Positions 1-7,615 of a DNA stretch of 64,000 bases are shown in pieces. How positions within the stretch are numbered: position 1 is the first letter of the stretch; every line of letters begins with the position of its first letter. Both the position numbers and the translations under genes were made by a program. The DNA is from Planctomycetota bacterium. GTDB taxonomy: Bacteria; Planctomycetota; B15-G4. The stretch spans positions 513,794 through 577,793 of the forward strand of contig BQJR01000004.1 in assembly GCA_021604805.1 (NCBI GenBank), written 5' to 3'. The notes below the pieces were generated by a model. That model was not told the DNA's origin and ran no database searches. It saw only the letters and a list, made by a program, of their open reading frames with translations.

Positions 1-1053
1 CTCGGCCTGATCGTCCCCTGCCGCAACGAAGCACGCGTGATCGGGCGCAAGCTGCGCAACCTCGCGCTGGCGCGCTGGCCGAGCTGCGCACGCCCGCACC
101 GGCTGCTCATCCTGGATGACCACAGCGCCGACGACACGGCGGAGCGCGCGCGCGCCTTGTGCGAACAACTGTTCGCGGCGCGCGCGTCGGAGATCCACGC
201 TGAGGTGCTCGTGAACGCGCACGACCCCGGCAAGGTCGGCGCGCTCAACACCGCGCTCGAGACCTTGGGCGACGACGTCGACCTCGTGGTGCTCACCGAC
301 GCCGATGTCCTGATCGACGAACACGCGCTCACCGAACTCAGCGACTTCCTCGCACAACGCCCCGCCTTGGGCATGGCCTGCGCGCGCCAACAGTTCGCGG
401 AAACGCTGGGCGAAGACGGCCGAGCGCTCGCCCCCGGGCGCCTCGCGCTCACCGACGCGGCCGGCACCTACGACCGACTCACCGCCGCGGTGCGCGCCTG
501 GGAATCACGCGGTGGACGACTCTTCTCGGTGCACGGTCAGCTGCTCGCATGGCGCGCGTCGCTCGGGTTGCGCCCCACGCCCGGCATCGCCGCCGACGAC
601 CTCGAGTTGATGCTCGGCGTGCGCGCCGCGGGACTCGGCGTGGCGCTCGCCCCCGGCGCCGTGTTCGTGGAAGAGAAGCCGCCCGCCGGCGCCGGTCGCC
701 GCACGCAAGAGATTCGTCGCGCACGAGCTTATGTGCAGATCGCGCCGCGCTTCCGCGCCTCGCCCGGCAGCGGGTTGCTCACGCGCTTGCAGTTCGCGGC
801 CTACCGTTACCTACCGCTGAATGCGCCGTGGTTGCTGCCGGTGGTCGCGCTGCTCGGCCCGTCGCTGCTGATCTTCGGCTTGCGTTCCTTCACCGGGCTC
901 GTGATCGGCAACCTGCTCGCGCTGGCGGTGATCGTGTTCCTGTGGTCCCCCGCGGGGCGCAAGGCTGTGCGTCTGCTCACGATCATCTCCACGGCGAGGC
1001 GCATGCAAGCCATGGGTGAGCTGAGCGATCGCTGGGAGATGCCGCGCCCCTGA
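1..1053 (+). CDS. Family-2 glycosyltransferase, 5' end outside the window
   Basis: Frame 1 is open from nt 1 (LGLIVPCRNEARVI...), so the listed start at 37 is internal. Motifs seen are 'LLILDDHSADDT' and 'VVLTDADVLID' (GT2 nucleotide-sugar/DxD region). The C-terminus has hydrophobic helices (LLPVVALLGPSLLIFGL, LLALAVIVFLW). Confidence 0.8.
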   Translation, partial: LGLIVPCRNEARVIGRKLRNLALARWPSCARPHRLLILDDHSADDTAERARALCEQLFAARASEIHAEVLVNAHDPGKVGALNTALETLGDDVDLVVLTDADVLIDEHALTELSDFLAQRPALGMACARQQFAETLGEDGRALAPGRLALTDAAGTYDRLTAAVRAWESRGGRLFSVHGQLLAWRASLGLRPTPGIAADDLELMLGVRAAGLGVALAPGAVFVEEKPPAGAGRRTQEIRRARAYVQIAPRFRASPGSGLLTRLQFAAYRYLPLNAPWLLPVVALLGPSLLIFGLRSFTGLVIGNLLALAVIVFLWSPAGRKAVRLLTIISTARRMQAMGELSDRWEMPRP

Positions 1054-1136
1054 GTCGCGCGCGGTCGCTCGCGCAGTCCCGGCGCTCGGCAACTCCTGCG
1101 CGAGGTCTCGCCCGCACAGCGCCCGCCCTCGCACGC

Positions 1137-2516
1137 TCAGTCGATGACCTGCGCCCACCACGACGCTTGCTGGACGATCTCCAGAGTGTCGGCCACGGCA
1201 GCGCTGTTGCCGGCCAGGGGCAACTCACCCGGACCGAGCGTGGGCGCGTAGGTGCCGTAGATCTCACCCACGAGGTTGATCACCACGAGTTCGCCAGGCT
1301 GCACGTCCACCGTGCGACGGATCAAGCGCTGGCTGCGCCCTGTGAGTTGCAGCGCGAGTGAGTGCTCGCCGCGCGGCACGTTGAGCCGCAACGCACCGAG
1401 TGAGTTGGGCAGCAGCGACCAGCAGCGCGTGTCGGAGCCGGCCAACTCCGAGAGCCCCCAGTTGGTGATCAAGCCCGCGAAGAAGCCGGCGAGCGCGGCG
1501 TACTCCTGGTCGTTCTTGGAGTCGCTCGAGGCCTTCACCGACTCGCGCGCCGCTTTCGCCACACCCTCGGCCACGAGCGCGCGCCCCACGGCCTGGAAGA
1601 GCGCGGCCGCGAGCAGCGTGGGCAACTCTTGGTCGTAGCGCTGCGCCACGTGCTCACCGTAGTCGAAGAGCATCGGCACCTTGCCCTGATCGACGCCGTC
1701 GAGCTCCACGGACACGGCGTCGTAGAGCGCGGCGCGCTGCACGAGGTGCGGCACGTTGAGGCGGTGGATCGTGCTGCCTGCGGGGAAGACGTACTGAGTT
1801 TCGCGTCGGATCGGGGCCTGTCCGAGCTGCGCGATCACCACGACCATCGCGGGCTCCTCGCCCTCCACGAACTGCTGCCCCGCTGCGGGCTCGTGCTCGT
1901 TGAGCGAGGTGTCACCGGCTTCGCGTTGCGCGCCGGTGGCCTCGCCGAAGTCGCCGGACAGCTCGAGACTGAATCCGGCGAGCGCCCACGCGAAGGTGTT
2001 GGCGAAGCGCTCGTCCTCGCTCACGTCTTCCATGGTGACGAGATTGCGCATGCGCCGCGCTTCGATCTCCGCCCCGCCGACTTCGCCGCGCGCGAGGTAG
2101 TTGATCATGTTCTGCGTGTTGAGCATCACGCGCTCGGGCGGGCTCGCGCGCCACTTGGCGGCTTCTGGCGCGAAGGCGAACTCGGCGACTTCTTCGTAGC
2201 CGGCGCTGGTGTAGTCGAGTACTTCGAGGGAGTCGTCGACGCGTTCGAAGGCAGCGCTCGATTCTTCGTAGCGTTCCGCGGCTTGCAGCGCGATGCCGAG
2301 CTCGAGGCGCAGCAGTTGCTCGTCGTTGTCGCCCTCGGCTTCGGCGATCAAGCCTTCCAGCGTGGTCACGGCGCCGGCCACGTTCTGGCTGTAGAACTGC
2401 TTGTGCGCAACAGCCAGGCGCTCGTCGTAGTTAGCGCAGGCAGTCAGCGAACAAAACGCGGCGAGCACGCCAAGCATGACTGCGTGGCGGCTCGCCGTAG
2501 AGCGTCCCCAGATCAC
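1137..2516 (-). CDS. Lipoprotein of unknown function (COG3014-like)
   Basis: The N-terminus ...RHAVMLGVLAAFCSLTAC has a lipobox (LTAC). The protein is long and acidic, with helical repeat-like N-terminal sequence. It lies directly downstream of the LpoB-like gene with a 13-nt gap. An alternative start is the ATG at 2477. Confidence 0.65.
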   Translation of the reverse strand: MIWGRSTASRHAVMLGVLAAFCSLTACANYDERLAVAHKQFYSQNVAGAVTTLEGLIAEAEGDNDEQLLRLELGIALQAAERYEESSAAFERVDDSLEVLDYTSAGYEEVAEFAFAPEAAKWRASPPERVMLNTQNMINYLARGEVGGAEIEARRMRNLVTMEDVSEDERFANTFAWALAGFSLELSGDFGEATGAQREAGDTSLNEHEPAAGQQFVEGEEPAMVVVIAQLGQAPIRRETQYVFPAGSTIHRLNVPHLVQRAALYDAVSVELDGVDQGKVPMLFDYGEHVAQRYDQELPTLLAAALFQAVGRALVAEGVAKAARESVKASSDSKNDQEYAALAGFFAGLITNWGLSELAGSDTRCWSLLPNSLGALRLNVPRGEHSLALQLTGRSQRLIRRTVDVQPGELVVINLVGEIYGTYAPTLGPGELPLAGNSAAVADTLEIVQQASWWAQVID

Positions 2517-2529
2517 GATGCAGCCCGAT

Positions 2530-3111
2530 TCAGTCGGTGATCTGCTTGGTGATCGGCACCTCGCTCTGGAACACGCGGCGCGTGGTCGCGACCTCGGTGA
2601 CCTTCAAGAAGAGGTAGTACTGCACGCGCTTGCGGTCGCCCAACTTCTCGGTGGTTTCACCGATGCGGCCGTGCACGAAGTAGTGGATGCCGAACTCCTT
2701 GCCGAGTGCTGCGATCGTGGCGGAGTCGACATCGTCGCCGAGACTGCGCTTGCGCTCCCGCAGGATCGCGTCGGCAGCGAGGGTGTCGTTGGAGACCACG
2801 GCGAAGACGCCGTCGTTCACGAGCTTGGTCTCGAAGGACTCGATCAGGTTGCGCAACCCAGAGTCGATGTGCTCGCTGGTGTCATTGTCGATGCTCAGGA
2901 TCGCGATCTTGCGATCGGCCGAGTCGATGCTCATCGCGAACTTGCTGCTGTCGAACTCCTGGTACCAGGAGTCGAGTGCGCCTTCGAGGTCCACACGGTC
3001 GAGCTTGGTGCTGAGAGCGGCTTCGTCAGCTCCGGGGCCGCGCACGACCGAGGGCCCGAAACAGCCGGTGAGAAGTGCGCAGCAGGTCAGCAAGGTCAGC
3101 GTGCGAAACAT
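2530..3111 (-). CDS. LpoB/COG3417-family lipoprotein (penicillin-binding-protein activator-like fold)
   Basis: MFRTLTLLTCCALLTGC has a lipobox, and GGAG sits 7 nt upstream of the ATG at 3111. The body (ILSIDNDTSEHIDS...LVNDGVFAVVS...FGIHYFVHGRI...YYLFLKVTEV) follows the LpoB/FlgO-type pattern as I recall it. Confidence 0.7.
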   Translation of the reverse strand: MFRTLTLLTCCALLTGCFGPSVVRGPGADEAALSTKLDRVDLEGALDSWYQEFDSSKFAMSIDSADRKIAILSIDNDTSEHIDSGLRNLIESFETKLVNDGVFAVVSNDTLAADAILRERKRSLGDDVDSATIAALGKEFGIHYFVHGRIGETTEKLGDRKRVQYYLFLKVTEVATTRRVFQSEVPITKQITD

Positions 3112-3179
3112 GGTCGATCTCCACGACTCAGGCATTCGGGGTTCGGGTGACGAAGCAAAGTCGCCCCCCAGGGGGAAAC

Positions 3180-3833
3180 TCAGCGTGTGTCCACGAGCTC
3201 TTCGTTGGGGCGGCCCGTGATGTCGGCCAAGCAGGCTTCGGCGGCGGCCGCGGCTTCCTTGATCTCGTCGTCGCCGCCACCGAGGTAGAGCCGACCGTAG
3301 GCGCCGAAGGTCACGACCTCGAGCAGCCGGATGGGCGAGGCCTTCTCGGCCTCGTTGGCGGCCAGGATGGCGTAGCCCGCGGGGTGCGTTTCCAGGATGT
3401 AGAGCGCCTGGCCCTTGAGCAGCTGGTCGCCGTGGCGGAAGCGATTGATCAGCATGGTCTGGTACGGGCTCGTGCCCGTGATGATCTCGCTCGTGACCAC
3501 GCGCGGTTGCAGGCGGTCTTCCATCTCGAGGCCGAGGTCGTCGAGGATCGCTTCGCCGGCGGCGCGCACGTCGCCCTGGTTGAAGGAGTGCACCTCGAGC
3601 ACACCGAAAGCGCGCTCCACGATCTGCATGCCGGGGGTCACGTCGGCCGCTTTGAGCGCCTTGTCCGTGAGCCGGTTGATGGCGATGCCGGGCTGCACCT
3701 CCACGAACAGCGAGGCCTGTTCTTCGATGGGCAGGTAGCCCTGCGAGACCGTGGCGAGGAACGACGCCAGCTGCGGTTGCAGCACGTCGAGATACACGTA
3801 GGTCCGCAGCGAGATCTTGCGGGCGTCAGCCAC
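3180..3833 (-). CDS. Tandem BMC-domain shell protein, BMC-T double-stacking class (CcmP / CsoS1D / Haliangium BMC-T2-like)
   Basis: There are two BMC-like domains: 'LFVEVQPGIAINRLTDKALKAADV...GVLEVHSFNQGDVRAAGEAI' and 'LYILETHPAGYAILAANEAEKAS...GRLYLGGGDDEIKEAAAAAE'. Each is preceded by a ~35-aa pre-domain. The N-terminus 'LRTYVYLDVLQPQLASFLATVSQGYLP' closely resembles the CcmP and Haliangium BMC-T2/T3 N-termini as I remember them. The start is GTG with GGAGG 7 nt upstream. Confidence 0.85.
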   Translation of the reverse strand: MADARKISLRTYVYLDVLQPQLASFLATVSQGYLPIEEQASLFVEVQPGIAINRLTDKALKAADVTPGMQIVERAFGVLEVHSFNQGDVRAAGEAILDDLGLEMEDRLQPRVVTSEIITGTSPYQTMLINRFRHGDQLLKGQALYILETHPAGYAILAANEAEKASPIRLLEVVTFGAYGRLYLGGGDDEIKEAAAAAEACLADITGRPNEELVDTR

Positions 3834-3849
3834 CTTGGTGCCTCCTCTA

Positions 3850-3869
3850 TTACTGCCGGTCTTACTGCC
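3850..3869. promoter_or_regulatory. Direct repeat TTACTGCC-N4-TTACTGCC in the relatively AT-rich divergent region upstream of the BMC-T gene
   Basis: Read directly: TTACTGCC at 3850-3857 and at 3862-3869, a 12-bp period. It lies between the RBS of the BMC-T gene and the divergent lipoprotein gene. Function is unknown; it may be an operator or promoter element. Confidence 0.25.
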
Positions 3870-3963
3870 AATGGGTGCTGGGCCGCGCCCATGCCTGCGT
3901 CACATCGCACGCATCGAGCCGACATGCGGCCACGAGCTTTCCCATCGTAGCAAGACCGCTATC

Positions 3964-4932
3964 ATGTCGCGTCCCATGGGATCTCCACTCAGAAACACCC
4001 TCGCCCCGCTGCTCGCCGGCCTGCTGCTCACGGCCTGCGGCGGCTACGAAGCGAGCGAAACCGAGGCCTCCGCGCTGCCGCCCGGGAGCCTCGCCGGCAC
4101 GATCGAGCTGGGTCTCGACGCCGAACCCAGCGAGTTCGCCTCGCTGTTCGTGATGGCGCGCCGCGACCCGTCCAGCGCCCTGCCCGACCTGCTGCGCAAG
4201 TTCCCGGTGGATGCGCTGCCGCAGAGCTTCGTGCTCGACGCCCGGCATCTGCTGCGCGCGGGCAAGGTGAGCGGCACGTGGCACCTGAGCGCGCGGCTGG
4301 ATGCCGACGGCGAGTTGCTGCCCAGTCGTGACGACGTGGAAGCGCACCTCGGCCCGGTCGACACGGACACGAGCGGGCACGTGCTGCGGCTCGACACGCT
4401 CGTCACGCGCACGGTCACTCCCGACGACGCCGGCCTGCCGTCGAACCATCCGGCGCTGGGCGGCCCCGCCGAGATCGCCGCCGCCCCCGACGCCAGCGCG
4501 CTCCCCGGCGGTCACCCGCCCGTGGGTGGCGCGCCCAGCGGACACGAGTCTGCGGCACCCGCCGTGCCGCGCGAAGCAGGCCCACGCTTCGTCGGCCACG
4601 TGGAGCTCGGCCAGGACTTCGCGGCCAAGAACGGCAGCGGCACGCTCTTCCTGATGCTCAAGAGTTCCACCGCCGCACGTGGCATGCCGCGCGCCGCGAT
4701 GCGCATCGACAACCCACGCTTCCCGCTCGAGTTCGACATCGGCCCCGAGCACGTGCCGCTGCAAGTGGAGAACAAGGCCGACTTGCTCGCCGGCACGCTC
4801 TACCTCAGCGCGCGTCTCGACGCCGACGGCAACGCGCTCAGCAAAGACTCGGGCGACCTGGAGAGCGACGTGCTCGAAGTGCAGGCCGACCAAGACCCGA
4901 TTCATCTCGCGCTCGACAGGAGCCTCCCGTGA
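3964..4932 (+). CDS. Lipoprotein with an internally duplicated ~110-aa domain (CcmI/CycH C-terminal-like)
   Basis: MSRPMGSPLRNTLAPLLAGLLLTACGG has a lipobox. Two copies of a module end in 'LSARLDADGELLPSRDD' and 'LSARLDADGNALSKDSGD'. They are separated by a Pro/Gly/His-rich linker. Upstream codons of the listed ORF (3817-3963) look non-coding. Confidence 0.7.
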   Translation: MSRPMGSPLRNTLAPLLAGLLLTACGGYEASETEASALPPGSLAGTIELGLDAEPSEFASLFVMARRDPSSALPDLLRKFPVDALPQSFVLDARHLLRAGKVSGTWHLSARLDADGELLPSRDDVEAHLGPVDTDTSGHVLRLDTLVTRTVTPDDAGLPSNHPALGGPAEIAAAPDASALPGGHPPVGGAPSGHESAAPAVPREAGPRFVGHVELGQDFAAKNGSGTLFLMLKSSTAARGMPRAAMRIDNPRFPLEFDIGPEHVPLQVENKADLLAGTLYLSARLDADGNALSKDSGDLESDVLEVQADQDPIHLALDRSLP

Positions 4933-6239
4933 ACATCGCCATGGCCCGCGCGCACCGCGAAGCCTTCCTCTCCGCCATGGGCAGCGGCGCCGCCGTGTTG
5001 CGCACCGGCCCGGAGCTGGTGCGCAGCCGCGACACGCACTTCAGCTTCCGCCCCGACTCCGACTTCTGGTACCTCACGGCCTACCCCGAACCCGACGCCG
5101 TGCTCGTGCTGATCCCCGGCCGCAGCGAAGGCCAGATGGTGCTCTTCGTGCGCCCCCGCGATCCCGAGATGGAGACTTGGCACGGGCGACGCGCCGGTGT
5201 CGAAGGCGCGCGCGAGATCTACGGCGCCGACGAAGCCTTTCCCATCGCCGAGCTCGACACGCGCTTGCCGCAGCTGCTGCGCGGTGTCGACGAGCTGTAC
5301 TACAAGACCGGCAACGACGCCGACTTCGATCGCAAGCTGCTCGGGCACGTGCGCGACATGAACTTCAAGACGCGCGACGGCGTCACCGGGCCCGCGGCCT
5401 TCGTCGACCCGGGTTTGTTGCTGCACGAGATGCGCCTGTTCAAGTCGGACGACGAGCTCGACTACATGCGCAAGGCCGCCGAGATCACCGCCGAAGCGCA
5501 CGCCGCCGCCATGCGCACGCTCGCGCCCGGCGTGCACGAGTACGAGATCGAGTCGGTGGTCAACGGCACCTTCCGTTCGCACGGCGGATCGGGCCCCGGC
5601 TACACGTCGATCTGCGCGGGCGGCGACAACGCGAACATCCTGCATTACACGGTGAACAACGAACCCGTGCCCGACGGCGCCTGCCTGTTGCTCGACGCCG
5701 GCTGCGAGTACTCCGGCTACACCGCCGACGTCACGCGCTGCTTCCCGGCGAGCGGCACGTTCAGTTCCGCGCAGCGCGAGCTCTACCAAGTGGTGCTCGA
5801 CGCGCAGCTCGCCGCCGTGGAACACGTGAAGCCCGGTGTGACCTTCGAGTCGGTGCACGAAACCTCCACGCGCAAGCTCACCGAGGGCCTGATCAGCCTC
5901 GGCCTCGTGCGCGGCAGCGTGGACGAAGTGCTCGAAGACCGCAGCTTCCAACGCTGGACGATCCACAAGACCAGCCACTGGCTCGGCCTCGACGTGCACG
6001 ACGTGGGCAGCTACTTCGTCGACGGCACAGGCGGCAAGACCTCGCGCAAACTCGAGCCCGGCATGGTGCTCACGGTGGAACCCGGCATCTACATCCCCGC
6101 CGACGCCGAGCTCGCCGCCGAAGGCATGCGTGGCACCGGCATCCGCATCGAAGACGACGTGCTCGTCACCGAGAGCGGCCACGAAAACCTCACGGCCGCC
6201 ATCCCGAAGAGCATCTCCGAAGTGGAGGCAGCCTGTTGA
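4929..6239 (+). CDS. pepP: Xaa-Pro aminopeptidase (M24B)
   Basis: Motifs seen: 'HFSFRPDSDFWYLT', 'DAGCEYSGYTADVTRCFP', 'SHWLGLDVHD', 'VEPGIY', 'GIRIEDDVLV'. These are the M24B metal-ligand blocks. The GTG start overlaps the upstream stop (GTGA). Confidence 0.9.
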   Translation: MNIAMARAHREAFLSAMGSGAAVLRTGPELVRSRDTHFSFRPDSDFWYLTAYPEPDAVLVLIPGRSEGQMVLFVRPRDPEMETWHGRRAGVEGAREIYGADEAFPIAELDTRLPQLLRGVDELYYKTGNDADFDRKLLGHVRDMNFKTRDGVTGPAAFVDPGLLLHEMRLFKSDDELDYMRKAAEITAEAHAAAMRTLAPGVHEYEIESVVNGTFRSHGGSGPGYTSICAGGDNANILHYTVNNEPVPDGACLLLDAGCEYSGYTADVTRCFPASGTFSSAQRELYQVVLDAQLAAVEHVKPGVTFESVHETSTRKLTEGLISLGLVRGSVDEVLEDRSFQRWTIHKTSHWLGLDVHDVGSYFVDGTGGKTSRKLEPGMVLTVEPGIYIPADAELAAEGMRGTGIRIEDDVLVTESGHENLTAAIPKSISEVEAAC

Positions 6240-7423
6240 ACGATCCCCTGCTGCGCTGGCGCGAGGAGTTCCCGATCCTCGCGAACACCAACTATTTGGT
6301 GAATCACTCGCTGGGCGCCATGCCGCGCAAGGTGCGCGAGCGGCTCGCCGAGTACGCCGAGATGTGGGCCACGCGCGGCATTCGTTCCTGGGCGGAGGGT
6401 TGGTGGAGCTCGCCCGTCGACACGGGGAACCTGGTGGGCAAGATCCTCGACGCGCCCGAGAACAGCGTCGTCATGCACCAGAACGTGTCGGTGATCCAAG
6501 GCCTCGTGGCCTCGTGCTTCGACTTCATGACGCCGCGCAACAAGATCGTCTACACGGACATGAACTTCCCCACCGTGATGTACGTGTGGGAAGCGCAGCG
6601 ACGGCGCGGCGCGAAAGTCGTGTCGGTGCCGAGCCGCGACGGTGTCGGTGTCGAAACCCAAGACCTGCTCGACGCCATCGACGAACGCACGCTGCTCGTG
6701 CCGATCAGTCACGTGCTCTTCCAGACCGGCTTCAAGCAAGACCTCGAAGCCGTGATCGCGAAGGCGCACTCCGTGGGCGCGCTCGTGATGGCCGACTGTT
6801 ACCAGAGCACCGGCACCGTGCCCTTCTCGGTGCGCGAACTGGGCGTGGACATGGCCTGCGGCGGCTCGGTGAAGTGGCTCTGCGGCGGCCCCGGCGCGGG
6901 TTACCTCTACGTGAACCCGGAGCTGCGCGACACGCTCGAGCCCGCGCTCACCGGTTGGATGGCGCACGCCGAACCCTTCGCCTTCGAGCCCGGTTCACAA
7001 CGCTACGCCGACGACGCCACGCGCATGCTGCACGGCTCCCCCGCCGTGCCCGCGCTCTACGCCGCGCAGTCCGGCTACGAGATCATCGCCGAGGTCGGCG
7101 TGAAAGCGATCCGCGAGAAGAGCGAGCGCCAGACCACGCGCTTCCTCGAAGGCGCGCTCGAACGCGGCTTCACGTCCAAGTCGCCCACCGATGTTTCCAA
7201 GCGCGGCGGCACGATCACGGTGCAAGTCGAACACGCGCCCGCGGTCGTGAAAGCCCTCGCCGCGCGCGACATCCTGATCGACTGCCGCCCCGACGTGGGC
7301 CTGCGCGTCTCCCCGCACTTCTACACCAGCGACGACGAACTCGACGCCTGCCTCGACGCGATCAAGGAGATCCGCGACGAAGCGTTGTGGAAGCCGTTCG
7401 CGGAGCAGGCGAGCGTTTACTGA
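6236..7423 (+). CDS. kynU: Kynureninase-family PLP-dependent hydrolase
   Basis: 'YLVNHSLGAMP', the 'W...W' N-terminal block, 'DCYQSTGTVPF...VDMACGGSVKWLCGGPGAGYLYV' (PLP-lysine block), and 'GSPAVPALYA'. Only the last ~395 codons of the 914-codon ORF look coding. The TTG at 6236 overlaps the pepP stop, so the start is uncertain. Confidence 0.7.
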   Translation: MNDPLLRWREEFPILANTNYLVNHSLGAMPRKVRERLAEYAEMWATRGIRSWAEGWWSSPVDTGNLVGKILDAPENSVVMHQNVSVIQGLVASCFDFMTPRNKIVYTDMNFPTVMYVWEAQRRRGAKVVSVPSRDGVGVETQDLLDAIDERTLLVPISHVLFQTGFKQDLEAVIAKAHSVGALVMADCYQSTGTVPFSVRELGVDMACGGSVKWLCGGPGAGYLYVNPELRDTLEPALTGWMAHAEPFAFEPGSQRYADDATRMLHGSPAVPALYAAQSGYEIIAEVGVKAIREKSERQTTRFLEGALERGFTSKSPTDVSKRGGTITVQVEHAPAVVKALAARDILIDCRPDVGLRVSPHFYTSDDELDACLDAIKEIRDEALWKPFAEQASVY

Positions 7424-7615
7424 GGCAACCGGGCAAGGGGCGGGACCACTCCTCGCGCCGCGATTGACAGGCCCGGTGACCGCGGTACCGTGGCCGCATC
7501 GTGTGGGGCGAGACGGTCGGTAAGTCTCCGACAGCAACGTCACGTTCGACGCGGTGAACGCGCCGGGCAGCGCAGGACGACTCGGCGTGCATCCTTCTCC
7601 GGAGCCACGAGTCGC

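Noticed and set aside
3180-3833. Reading the CcmP-like gene as evidence of a carboxysome
   Set aside because: No RuBisCO, carbonic anhydrase, CcmK/L/M/N or CsoS genes are present. The same BMC-T class also occurs in heterotroph metabolosomes such as the Haliangium type, so no function can be assigned from this gene alone.
4679-6235. First ~519 codons of the 914-codon ORF 4679..7423
   Set aside because: It overlaps pepP in another frame, and the translation is Arg/Ala/Pro-rich nonsense typical of off-frame reading in GC-rich DNA. Recognisable kynureninase-like sequence only begins at about 6236.
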